Source: an uncultured virus (IMG/VR IMGVR_UViG_3300028187_000002)
Taxonomy: Duplodnaviria; Heunggongvirae; Uroviricota; Caudoviricetes; Herelleviridae
Length of the DNA: 64,000 bases
Direction: 5' to 3' (one strand)
IMG/VR virus record: IMGVR_UViG_3300028187_000002
The position numbers were made by a program, and so were the translations under genes. This document shows, in pieces, positions 56,182 to 64,000 of the stretch. Each line of letters starts with the position of its first letter. The first letter of the stretch is position 1. The notes under the pieces are model-generated. The model was not told where the DNA came from, ran no database searches, and saw only the letters and a list, made by a program, of their open reading frames with translations.

Positions 56182-56490
56182 ATGAAGGAATTTCTCAAAG
56201 CACTGCAATATAGAAGTAACAAGCTAATAGATAGCTCTCCTGTAGCTGGTGCTGTAGATGAGCAACACAAGAAGTTAAGAGAAGAATACAAGGCTCTAGA
56301 GGGTAGACGTGGGCTGTACACTAGTGGGTCTACCAAAGAAGTACGTGTTATCACGATAGTAGAAGCTCATGAGAGATACCTACGAGTTAGTTACCAGTGC
56401 TTTGGGATGGACTATACTGCTGAAGTCTTTACTTGCATATGCTGGAACGGTATCTTTAGTGGGGAAGAAAGGATTAGTGACGTAGAATGA
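56182..56490 (+). CDS. Hypothetical protein
   Basis: RBS AGGAGG. Confidence 0.6.
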   Translation: MKEFLKALQYRSNKLIDSSPVAGAVDEQHKKLREEYKALEGRRGLYTSGSTKEVRVITIVEAHERYLRVSYQCFGMDYTAEVFTCICWNGIFSGEERISDVE

Positions 56491-57050
56491 ACGATATGAC
56501 ACCTCCTACTCATTTTGAACCTGTATATCTCTATAATAAGTATGAGCCACTTAGAAGAAAGATATACAATAAGTTCAAAGACCAGATGGCTAACAACACA
56601 GATAGGGAAGAGTTGTCTGCTGAAATAGACCGTACATTCTTAAGCTTAGTAACGGAATACAACCCCCATCGGGGGGTTGACTTCCCCTACTATATTAAGA
56701 AGATGCTTGATTTACGTATCTTCCACTGGGTAAACAAGTACCATAAGAACATAAATCGTGAGACATACAGCAATGATGATAACGGTATAGTAGTGGAGGA
56801 TACCCAATATGCAGAGTTACTTCAGCGTATAGTTGACCTTCATAGTATTGACCCAGACATTCAGCTAGGAGAGAAACATCGAAATCTTATGATTGGATTG
56901 CTGATAGACCAGAAGACTATTCAGCAGTTAGCCGAGGAAGAAGGGGTACCTTCCAATAGACTACATGCTAGGCTGTACTTCTTGATACAGAAGTTTGACA
57001 AAGAGTATGCAAGACTAATAGAGTGGTGGGGAGAGGACTTATATGACTAA
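56487..57050 (+). CDS. Second sigma-70-family factor
   Basis: 'DREEL......F..LV.EYNP.RGV.F..YI' (region 2) and 'TIQQLAEEEGV' (region 4 HTH). Confidence 0.78.
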   Translation: MNDMTPPTHFEPVYLYNKYEPLRRKIYNKFKDQMANNTDREELSAEIDRTFLSLVTEYNPHRGVDFPYYIKKMLDLRIFHWVNKYHKNINRETYSNDDNGIVVEDTQYAELLQRIVDLHSIDPDIQLGEKHRNLMIGLLIDQKTIQQLAEEEGVPSNRLHARLYFLIQKFDKEYARLIEWWGEDLYD

Positions 57051-57444
57051 TGAGTATCAAATGAAGAAACATGAAGAAGCTATGACACTCCAGGCTAAGA
57101 AACTTGAGCAGGAGATAGCTAAATTTGGAATAACCTACAGTAATGCTGGACAACTTAAAGACCATGATGCTATTATGTTTATGAACCTTGTAGAGAAGTG
57201 CCTAGTAACGTGTGGTTCAGAGCCTAAACCACACTTCCTTGAGGTTAGTAGAAACTTTATACAGGTATATACCCTTGTTAAGATGAATGCTAACATCTTC
57301 CCATTTTATCCAGACGAACACCCTAAAAATGATAGATTCCATAAGGTTGTGACACAGACGTTGCTTGGAATGGGCTGGGTGGATTCTGTTAGATGGCTAC
57401 CCAAAGAGAATGGCTCAATTTTATTGGTGACAAGGAGGGTATAA
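57043..57444 (+). CDS. Hypothetical protein
   Basis: RBS GAGG; overlaps the sigma gene stop. Confidence 0.6.
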   Translation: MTNEYQMKKHEEAMTLQAKKLEQEIAKFGITYSNAGQLKDHDAIMFMNLVEKCLVTCGSEPKPHFLEVSRNFIQVYTLVKMNANIFPFYPDEHPKNDRFHKVVTQTLLGMGWVDSVRWLPKENGSILLVTRRV

Positions 57445-57445
57445 G

Positions 57446-57826
57446 ATGATAGCGGTTATCGTTGAAGGTTTTAGTGACCATGACGCAATTCGTAGAGTCT
57501 ACAGTCCAAAAGATGTGCAAACCATAGTAACGAATGGGACAAAATTTAATAACCGTATCAGAGAGCAGATTCAGGAAGCCTTAGACATGAGGCTTCCTAC
57601 TTTCATATTATCTGACCCTGATAAGGCTGGGGATGAGCTTGCTAGCATGATTAAGAGCAACTTTGGTAAGATTTCTAGGATCAAGGTAGACCCTGATAGA
57701 GCAAAGCAGGAACGTATGTTCAGAGTGAAATATGGTGTGGAGTATTGCAGCGATGAATATTTAAAAGAACTACTGGAAGGAGTGGTACAGTATGGCAGAA
57801 GCAAAAAAGAGATGTACGGCTTGTGA
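57446..57826 (+). CDS. Toprim-domain protein, RNase M5-like
   Basis: 'IVEG.SD', 'TNG', 'LSDPD.AG', 'GVEY.S.E.L'. Confidence 0.75.
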   Translation: MIAVIVEGFSDHDAIRRVYSPKDVQTIVTNGTKFNNRIREQIQEALDMRLPTFILSDPDKAGDELASMIKSNFGKISRIKVDPDRAKQERMFRVKYGVEYCSDEYLKELLEGVVQYGRSKKEMYGL

Positions 57827-58088
57827 GAAATGGCTAGACTATGATGAGTTCCATAGAGACTCTAAGTCCTCAGATGGGAGAGTACGTAAATGTAAATTAT
57901 GTACTAAGATGAATAGAGGAGCAAAGAAGCCTATCACTAAGAGCAGAAGTGTATCCCTCATGTCTATAAGGCTGTCCAAGGCTATAAGTACTCTTGCCAA
58001 ACGTATGAAGATTCCAGTAAATATCCAAGTGAACAATGACACAACCATTACTGTCACTATCAACAGGGAGGAATCATCGGATGAGTAA
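57792..58088 (+). CDS. Zn-finger protein
   Basis: 'KRCTAC.......EF......DG....CK.C'. Confidence 0.6.
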   Translation: MAEAKKRCTACEKWLDYDEFHRDSKSSDGRVRKCKLCTKMNRGAKKPITKSRSVSLMSIRLSKAISTLAKRMKIPVNIQVNNDTTITVTINREESSDE

Positions 58089-58698
58089 AGGCATTGTAAT
58101 TCAGGGTAGTGTAGGAGCAGGAAAGAGTACTTTAGCTGAGATGTTGGCAACATATACAGGAATGACATTATTCCGAGAGCCAGTTAAGAGTAACCCCTAC
58201 TTAACTGATTATTATAAAGACCCTGAGAAACATGGATATGCAATGCAGGTATTCCTGTTGCATGAACGCTTTAAGCAAGCCTTACATGCACAACGCTTAG
58301 ATGATCACATTATGGATATGAGCATGTATGGAAACTTAATATTTGCTTCCATGATGACTCAAGATGGCATTATGACGGAACGTAATATGAATGACTACAT
58401 CAACATATTCCATACATTCCGTGCCCTAACTGAGCCACCAGCACTTATGGTTTACCTAAAATGCTCCACTGATGAGTGTATCAACCGAATTCAAAAAAGA
58501 AATAGGAAATCGGAGTTGAACGTAGAGCGTTCCTATTGGGAGAAGCTAAATCAAGCGTATGAAGTCTGGTACAGAACCTACTTCTACAGTCCTAAAGTTG
58601 AGATTGATGTTACAAATATCAATATAGTTGATAGCAAGGAATCAGCTCACTATGTAATGGAGACTATTATGAAAGAACACGTCAAGGCTACCCTTTAG
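58081..58698 (+). CDS. Deoxynucleoside kinase (dNK family)
   Basis: 'GSVGAGKST', 'EPV..NPYL..YY.DP', 'MQ.F.L..R', 'RI.KR.R..E'; RBS GGAGG. Confidence 0.88.
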   Translation: MSKGIVIQGSVGAGKSTLAEMLATYTGMTLFREPVKSNPYLTDYYKDPEKHGYAMQVFLLHERFKQALHAQRLDDHIMDMSMYGNLIFASMMTQDGIMTERNMNDYINIFHTFRALTEPPALMVYLKCSTDECINRIQKRNRKSELNVERSYWEKLNQAYEVWYRTYFYSPKVEIDVTNINIVDSKESAHYVMETIMKEHVKATL

Positions 58699-58728
58699 GG
58701 TAGTCTTTTCTTGTATAGGTCTACTGGT

Positions 58729-58757
58729 TTGACTTTTTTCGAGGATTCGGAAAAAAT
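58729..58757 (+). promoter_or_regulatory. Early-type promoter TTGACT-N17-AAAAAT
   Basis: Follows a terminator hairpin and heads a run of small ORFs. Confidence 0.55.
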
Positions 58758-58805
58758 AAGGATGTGGTCGAGGGACACACCAAGCATAAAGGAGAGGTGA
58801 TATTC

Positions 58806-59027
58806 GTGCGTATTAACAGAATAGTAGGGGAATGTAGTTGTAACAACTGTTTAGACAGGGGTTTGACAGAAGCCTACAAGATATATGTAGGTAGAACTAA
58901 TACTACAACCACGATAGTTCTGTGTGTTCAGTGCTTAATCAAGCTAGACGCTGACATTAACAACAAGATTAGAATGATAGCTATGAGGGGTACCGTTGAC
59001 TCCCTTCAGCAGGGTAGGGAGGAATAG
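58806..59027 (+). CDS. Small Cys-containing protein
   Basis: GTG after RBS GGAGAGGTG; CNNC and CVQC. Confidence 0.55.
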   Translation: MRINRIVGECSCNNCLDRGLTEAYKIYVGRTNTTTTIVLCVQCLIKLDADINNKIRMIAMRGTVDSLQQGREE

Positions 59028-59030
59028 CTA

Positions 59031-59258
59031 GTGAACATAAAGATTAACTACATCGCTGACCTTAGGCTACGTCAGGTAGAGGTCAGAACAGGAACTACAG
59101 TATTCCTAGTAGATGTAGAGCACTTCAAGAGAATAACAGAAGCAGATATAGAGTCTATAGAAGGTCGTAGAGGAACTCTGGTAATGAGTAGTAACCTCTA
59201 CATCAGTCTTAGGAAGGAGGCTACACATGTCGGCAGAGTTAGAGGAACTGAAGCGTAG
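59031..59258 (+). CDS. Hypothetical protein
   Basis: RBS GGAGG. Confidence 0.55.
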   Translation: MNIKINYIADLRLRQVEVRTGTTVFLVDVEHFKRITEADIESIEGRRGTLVMSSNLYISLRKEATHVGRVRGTEA

Positions 59259-59448
59259 GGCAAAATTAGCAAGGCTGAGTAAAGTCCCTAAGGGGGCTTC
59301 AGCCCTTACTAAAGAGGATGTAATGTTAGTACTTCATCCAGATGAGGCACAACTGATACTAGATTTCATGTATGGAGCTATTCAGTGTAAAGAACTTAAA
59401 AGTGACCACAAGATGGCACTTAATATAATCGAACATATGGAGGGATAG
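59227..59448 (+). CDS. Hypothetical protein
   Basis: RBS AAGGAGG. Confidence 0.6.
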   Translation: MSAELEELKRRAKLARLSKVPKGASALTKEDVMLVLHPDEAQLILDFMYGAIQCKELKSDHKMALNIIEHMEG

Positions 59449-59450
59449 TT

Positions 59451-59762
59451 ATGATGACCAACGGTGAGGTAAAAGATGAAGCGGTAAAGATATTAGAAGA
59501 GTGGGCACAAGAGAAACCAGAGATGTTTGTATCTGGTGGAGAGCCTAGTTTCTGTTGGGAAATGAGACATTCAGCTATCAGAAAGGTACTGGAGGACAAT
59601 GACCTTACTGAGTATGAAGATGACATAGAACAAATTGATGGCTTCTTACACTACAGTCACCTAGCAACAGCAAGAAAATATGTAGAAGAGTACTTAGCAG
59701 AGGAACAAGGTAAGCTTAGTAAGGTGGCTGAAGTGGGTCACAGACAATCAGACTTTATGTAG
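59451..59762 (+). CDS. Hypothetical protein
   Basis: RBS GGAGGG. Confidence 0.6.
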   Translation: MMTNGEVKDEAVKILEEWAQEKPEMFVSGGEPSFCWEMRHSAIRKVLEDNDLTEYEDDIEQIDGFLHYSHLATARKYVEEYLAEEQGKLSKVAEVGHRQSDFM

Positions 59763-59774
59763 GGGGAATGGAAA

Positions 59775-60113
59775 ATGAATGAGTTTCACATGGATATTGA
59801 GTTGTTTCTTGCTATAGACAAGTTTTTACTACCAGGAGTAAAGGTTGGTAGTCTTAACATGGATGTATCTGCTAATGCAGGCAAGCCAGAGGGTACAGTA
59901 ATTCTATCTCACCTATTGGTTTACAAGGATGGAGTTAGCCATGTATTCTTAGTAGATCATAGTAGCAATGGTATTACAATGGCACTGTTTGATGAGAAGG
60001 GTTGTGGTGCTGCACCTATACCTGATGGTGAGGAAAGACAGACTAAGCAGGTATTACAAATGATGATGGCAATAGCTAGTGGAGGGGATGTTAAAGATGG
60101 AAGCGTACATTAA
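59775..60113 (+). CDS. Hypothetical protein
   Basis: RBS AGGGGG. Confidence 0.6.
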   Translation: MNEFHMDIELFLAIDKFLLPGVKVGSLNMDVSANAGKPEGTVILSHLLVYKDGVSHVFLVDHSSNGITMALFDEKGCGAAPIPDGEERQTKQVLQMMMAIASGGDVKDGSVH

Positions 60114-60444
60114 TACTACAGGTGTTAGAACAGGTCGTCTTAGCTCATCTAGAGAGAATAAAGCAGGGGTGGCACAATCTCCTGTAAACTGGGTAGGAGA
60201 AGTAAAGGTTAGTAGCTTCATGCCAACCTTTAGTATCTATGACATAATGGGCATTACTCCTGAGAGTGAGGTGGCTGTAAGAGAGAAGGAACTAGCATTT
60301 TGGGAGGGCAAGTATAAAGCTACAAACAAGCATAGTCAGAAGACGCGTATCAAACGTAGAGTAGACTTCAAACGACATATGTTAAACAAAGCTAAGGAAG
60401 ACATGGAAAATTACTACAAGAGCAAGGAACAGTATAAGGCGTAG
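60097..60444 (+). CDS. Hypothetical protein
   Basis: RBS GGAGGGG; followed by a hairpin at 60453-60484. Confidence 0.6.
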   Translation: MEAYINTTGVRTGRLSSSRENKAGVAQSPVNWVGEVKVSSFMPTFSIYDIMGITPESEVAVREKELAFWEGKYKATNKHSQKTRIKRRVDFKRHMLNKAKEDMENYYKSKEQYKA

Positions 60445-60452
60445 ACACTGTA

Positions 60453-60484
60453 GGGAGACAACTTTGATGTTGTCTCCTTTTTTA
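60453..60484 (+). terminator. Terminator hairpin that also matches the middle-promoter motif
   Basis: GGAGACAAC/GTTGTCTCC stem plus T-run; also GGGAGA-N19-TTTTTTA. Confidence 0.7.
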
Positions 60485-60586
60485 TTTATTGTAAGAGGAT
60501 TGATTTGCTTTTCTCTCTGTTCCGTGTGAAAATTGACTCATGGAAGTCAGGAAGTACATTGAGTCTAAAAGGAGAGGTGTAGAGAT

Positions 60587-61264
60587 ATGACTAAATTATC
60601 AGTAGGTGAGTGGAGAATACTTTTGCTTAGTGACTGTCTACAGGACAGCGAGGAACTGTATGAGTACACAGAATGTCTACGTAAGGAAGGTAAGAGAGCA
60701 GTCTTATCAATCACTAGAGAAGATGCTAAGGTTTTGGATGAGTATCTTGAGGATGGACAGGATAACCACTTTAGAGAACAACTTAGAAAAGAGTGGGTAT
60801 TCACTGGTAAGGTAAAAGACAACGGTAAAGGTAATAAAACTACATGTGAGTACTGCCAACACCAGCAAATTAGATACAGATACTTATGCAAGAACATTAA
60901 AACAGGTGTATATTTGGACTTGGGTAGTGTGTGCGTAGGGTATATTGTACATGGTGAAGAGAAGATGAAGGATAAAGAGTTCAGTAAGAACTTTGTAGAA
61001 GGTCTAGACAGTCTTAGGAAGAAACCATATGTACCAGACCCACAAGAGGTAGAGAGTAAACGCAGAAAGCAAGAGCCTTCAATTCGATATGCAGCAAGTA
61101 TTATACATAGTGCTGGGCATGGAGAGAATAGTTTCTTCCAAAGCCTACAGAAACAGTGGAATGAGGGTAACTCCCTATCAGATAAGCAGTTTGAAGCTTT
61201 AAAGAATATGGCAATCAGAATACGTGATTCACGTAAGCGTAAGGAGGTAGCAAACAATGCCTGA
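60587..61264 (+). CDS. Hypothetical protein with Zn-binding motif
   Basis: RBS GGAGAGGTG; 'CEYC....IRY.Y.C.N......L.LGSVC'. Confidence 0.65.
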   Translation: MTKLSVGEWRILLLSDCLQDSEELYEYTECLRKEGKRAVLSITREDAKVLDEYLEDGQDNHFREQLRKEWVFTGKVKDNGKGNKTTCEYCQHQQIRYRYLCKNIKTGVYLDLGSVCVGYIVHGEEKMKDKEFSKNFVEGLDSLRKKPYVPDPQEVESKRRKQEPSIRYAASIIHSAGHGENSFFQSLQKQWNEGNSLSDKQFEALKNMAIRIRDSRKRKEVANNA

Positions 61265-61517
61265 GATGTACGTAATGTTTAAGCCAGGTTCTGTAATGTT
61301 GTGTACTAAAGAGATAAATTTTGGTAGTGCTGTTATTCCAGAAGGTACTACAGGAATAGTGGAAACTGTTTCTCTAGACAATGGAGGAGGAAGACACTAC
61401 ACAGTATACTTTGCCTTAGTTCTCATGGATGGGGATAGGGCAGAAGAAGAGGTACCTTACATCCTTACAGAAGAGAGAATGGGGCACTTGGGTATTAGGA
61501 TGATACAAACACCATGA
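61257..61517 (+). CDS. Hypothetical protein (paralogue of 62524..62880)
   Basis: RBS AAGGAGG; 'IPEGTTGIV......Y.VYF'. Confidence 0.6.
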   Translation: MPEMYVMFKPGSVMLCTKEINFGSAVIPEGTTGIVETVSLDNGGGRHYTVYFALVLMDGDRAEEEVPYILTEERMGHLGIRMIQTP

Positions 61518-61861
61518 GAGTTCTATGCACGGGGAGTAGAGACTTCAAGAACGTTGACATGGTAATAGATGCTCTACTGGAATTACCAGTAGACTCTGTT
61601 ATCATACATGGTGGTGCTAAAGGACTAGACAAAATAGTAGACATAGTAGCCAGATACTTAGGGTTTAAAGTAGAAGTATATAAGGCTGAGTGGAAAGGCG
61701 ATAAGCGTGAGGGCTTATACCGTAATAGCCAGATGTTGCATGAGGGTAAGCCTGAATATGGTCTAGGGTTCAGAAGTAAGCTGAACAGTAAAGGTACTAA
61801 TGACATGCTTATGAAGATGGGGCAGGCAGGTATACCACATAAAATCTATAACGATTTCTAG
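61514..61861 (+). CDS. SLOG-family protein (YspA/DUF2493-like)
   Basis: 'RVLCTGSRDF', 'IIHGGAKG.D', 'A.W', 'RNSQM', 'SKGT.DM'. Confidence 0.85.
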   Translation: MRVLCTGSRDFKNVDMVIDALLELPVDSVIIHGGAKGLDKIVDIVARYLGFKVEVYKAEWKGDKREGLYRNSQMLHEGKPEYGLGFRSKLNSKGTNDMLMKMGQAGIPHKIYNDF

Positions 61862-61872
61862 GAGGACATAAA

Positions 61873-62304
61873 ATGGGACTGAATCACAGAAATGTAACTA
61901 TAAGTAATGGGGACTTAGATAAGGGAGAGAAATTAATTAAGCTAACAACAGAGAAAGCATTCCAGAAGCTAATGGAGGGTAAGGAAATCTTTGCTAGATT
62001 CCAAACAGTTACCTATGACCATGTTAAGGGGTGTAGAAGATGTAATAAAGAGAGAAAGGGTAACTACTGTAGTGAGTGTGGTTCACAACTAACAGATAAT
62101 CTACCAAGGGAAGTAATTAAGGATAAGAGATGGTTAGGATTAGAGCTGAGATGGAAAGAGGATAGTGAGGAATTTAAGGAAGCTGAAAGAGAGCTATGGG
62201 AGTTCACTAACCACCCATTCTCTGGTGGACGTTCTTATAAGAAGTCTAATACTCAACTAGGCTACTTTACACAAGTCCAAGTTTGGTACTGGAGGGGTTA
62301 TTGA
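61873..62304 (+). CDS. Hypothetical protein with zinc ribbon
   Basis: CRRC...YCSECG; RBS AGGAGG. Confidence 0.6.
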   Translation: MGLNHRNVTISNGDLDKGEKLIKLTTEKAFQKLMEGKEIFARFQTVTYDHVKGCRRCNKERKGNYCSECGSQLTDNLPREVIKDKRWLGLELRWKEDSEEFKEAERELWEFTNHPFSGGRSYKKSNTQLGYFTQVQVWYWRGY

Positions 62305-62537
62305 TGAAGGGTGTAGTTAGATGCTGGCAATGTAAAGAGAGGCATGAAGCAGATAGAACCACTTATATCCAGGTTCAGGGGTATATCTATCAAGGTAATC
62401 AGGAGGTACTGGATGCCAACTGCTCTGGTAAATGTGATCATGAAGAACTACCTTCAGCTAACTTTTGTGCTGACAAGGATTGTCTTATGAAACATATCAA
62501 AGCTAAGAAGGAGGATGCAGACAATGGCATTCGATAA
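62304..62537 (+). CDS. Small Cys-rich protein (paralogue of the N-terminal half of 62894..63520)
   Basis: RBS GGAGGGG; CWQC..H...FC....CL. Confidence 0.6.
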   Translation: MKGVVRCWQCKERHEADRTTYIQVQGYIYQGNQEVLDANCSGKCDHEELPSANFCADKDCLMKHIKAKKEDADNGIR

Positions 62538-62880
62538 AGCTAAGAAGAAAGAGGTAAGAGAAATAGGGGAGAGACCGTGGCAGGTATCTATAGAACCAGA
62601 GACTGAACCTATATATCAGGTGAAATGTATCAGAATAATAGGTACGAAAATTGCAGTTGCTAAAGAGCACTATGTAGATGACCTTGGTTCTTTCCTACCA
62701 CAAGGTACTCTAGGAACAATAAAAGAGGCAATCATAAGAGAAGATGAAACTATCTATGGAGTGTACTTTGAAGATGTACACTGGGTGTTTGACACCCCTT
62801 GTGGCATACAAGGAGAGGTATCAGAAGGTACGTTCCACTGGTCTGAGGAAGAAATGAAAAATATAATAGGAATTATATAG
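62524..62880 (+). CDS. Hypothetical protein
   Basis: RBS AGGAGG; 'LPQGTLGTI......YGVYF'. Confidence 0.6.
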   Translation: MAFDKAKKKEVREIGERPWQVSIEPETEPIYQVKCIRIIGTKIAVAKEHYVDDLGSFLPQGTLGTIKEAIIREDETIYGVYFEDVHWVFDTPCGIQGEVSEGTFHWSEEEMKNIIGII

Positions 62881-62893
62881 GAGGATGTAAACA

Positions 62894-63520
62894 ATGGGAA
62901 CTAATAATACTGAAGAGTTAACAGGGTTGAAGATGCAAAACAAGCCTAGAAAGGCTGTACTTAAATCTACAGGGGAGCTAGAGGTCATTCAGTATAATGA
63001 TGAGATAGTGGAGTTTGTTAACTGTCATGAGTGTAACTGTCAGCACCTTACTCATCAGGAGAGCTACCTAGAAATAGTGGGCAACCTCCATGTAGGAGGC
63101 ACGAGTAGGGGTGGATTGTTAGGTAATGGTGACTGGAAGAACATTGGTGTCCCTGTATACTACTTCTGTATAAACAATCGTTGTCTGTCTAATTATATCC
63201 GTAAGATAGAGCTGAAGGAGTTAACTACTACGGAGCAGATAGCTGAGGTCAAGTACCTAACTGTGTTTGAAGTTGGTGTTCCCGTACCTGTAACTAATGA
63301 GTTCTTCCTTAAACCAGACAATAAGTACTGTGTAGTAAATGCGAATAGGGAAGGTGATATAGTTATAGAGGGTATGATATATTCTATACATCCTCAAGGG
63401 GACTACGTAAAACATAGGAAGATGGCAACTACTTCTGACCTAATACAGGAGTGGATGGTTAAAGGGATAGTTCAGCTTGTTCCTGACACTGTAGAGCTTG
63501 AGCCTACGGAACGTCCTTGA
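62894..63520 (+). CDS. Hypothetical protein
   Basis: RBS AGGAGG; CHEC..H...FC....CL. Confidence 0.6.
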   Translation: MGTNNTEELTGLKMQNKPRKAVLKSTGELEVIQYNDEIVEFVNCHECNCQHLTHQESYLEIVGNLHVGGTSRGGLLGNGDWKNIGVPVYYFCINNRCLSNYIRKIELKELTTTEQIAEVKYLTVFEVGVPVPVTNEFFLKPDNKYCVVNANREGDIVIEGMIYSIHPQGDYVKHRKMATTSDLIQEWMVKGIVQLVPDTVELEPTERP

Positions 63521-63604
63521 TTTCTGTTTCCAGTCGTGAGAAAATGGTCTTGTGAGAGGGAGAACCTCCTTCCTCTAGACCAGAGCTAAAAGGAGAGGGT
63601 ACTA

Positions 63605-64000
63605 GTGAGTAAATTTATTGATGGGTTAAACCCAAGCCAAGAAACAGCAGTATTAGCAGTAGAAGGTCGTGTACAAATCAATGCAGTAGCAGGTAGTGGT
63701 AAGACTCGTGTTCTAACACACCGTGTAGCACACATGATTACTGACCTTAAAATCAAGCCTAAGCATATCATGATGACAACATTCACTAAGAAGGCTAGTG
63801 AAGAGATGGAAGAGCGTCTGTCTAAGCTTATCCCCCAGATGAAGCTAATGCAGTTAACAATTGGTACTACACACTCTATTGGTTACCGCATCTTGAAGAA
63901 AGAGTATGAAGCGTTAGGTGACTCTAGAATGTGGGCATTTAAGAAGAAGGATGGAGTACTAATGGGTAACTCTCAAAAGTACTTTGCTGAGAGTATAGTC
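63605..64000 (+). CDS. UvrD/PcrA-family SF1 helicase (3'-truncated by window edge; not in ORF track)
   Basis: GTG after RBS AAGGAGAGG; MSKFIDGLNPSQETAV...AVAGSGKTRVLTHRVAHMI...TFTKKASEEMEERL...GTTHS. Confidence 0.9.
   Translation, partial: MSKFIDGLNPSQETAVLAVEGRVQINAVAGSGKTRVLTHRVAHMITDLKIKPKHIMMTTFTKKASEEMEERLSKLIPQMKLMQLTIGTTHSIGYRILKKEYEALGDSRMWAFKKKDGVLMGNSQKYFAESIV

Noticed and set aside
60565..61257. 230-aa minus-strand ORF and the many other antisense ORFs in the track
   Set aside because: Shadows of well-supported genes on the opposite strand; no RBS or recognisable motifs.
1..64000. tRNA genes, CRISPR arrays, integrase, restriction-site avoidance
   Set aside because: No cloverleaf, spaced repeats or recombinase motifs were seen; k-mer depletion cannot be judged reliably without computation.

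Overview
A 64-kb slice of a large Bacillus myovirus genome. The endolysin cell-wall-binding domain suggests a B. cereus-group host (inference). Almost all genes lie on the + strand: (i) baseplate and tail genes, including a 3605-aa modular adsorption protein, then a holin-amidase-holin lysis cassette (1-18.6 kb); (ii) an SPO1-like replication, recombination and nucleotide-metabolism region (SF2 helicase, DnaB, SbcCD, primase, dUTPase, resolvase, PolA with an N-terminal UDG-like domain, SSB, 5'-3' exonuclease, ATP-dependent ligase, dNK, UvrD, two sigma-like factors) with accessory Tad2, TerD, TerC and WYL genes; (iii) a thymidylate-synthase homologue, HAD phosphatase, MazG-like protein and TF1-like HU, which together point to 5-hydroxymethyluracil DNA. 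The one strand inversion (36.76-42.74 kb) is the most striking element: a tightly coupled operon of a VirB2/TrbC-pilin-like protein, ParM-like actin, ParR-like RHH protein, three tiny membrane proteins, a 913-aa VirD4/VirB4-type ATPase and a Replic_Relax (MOB_C-like) nuclease. This is a plasmid-style partition and DNA-transfer module inside an otherwise lytic-looking phage. Next to it are a GC-rich hairpin, an unannotated 33-aa membrane peptide and a ~120-nt imperfect hairpin. Two recurring promoter-like motifs were read by eye. No tRNA, rRNA, CRISPR array, integrase or intron was seen. All family assignments come from motif recognition, not database searches.
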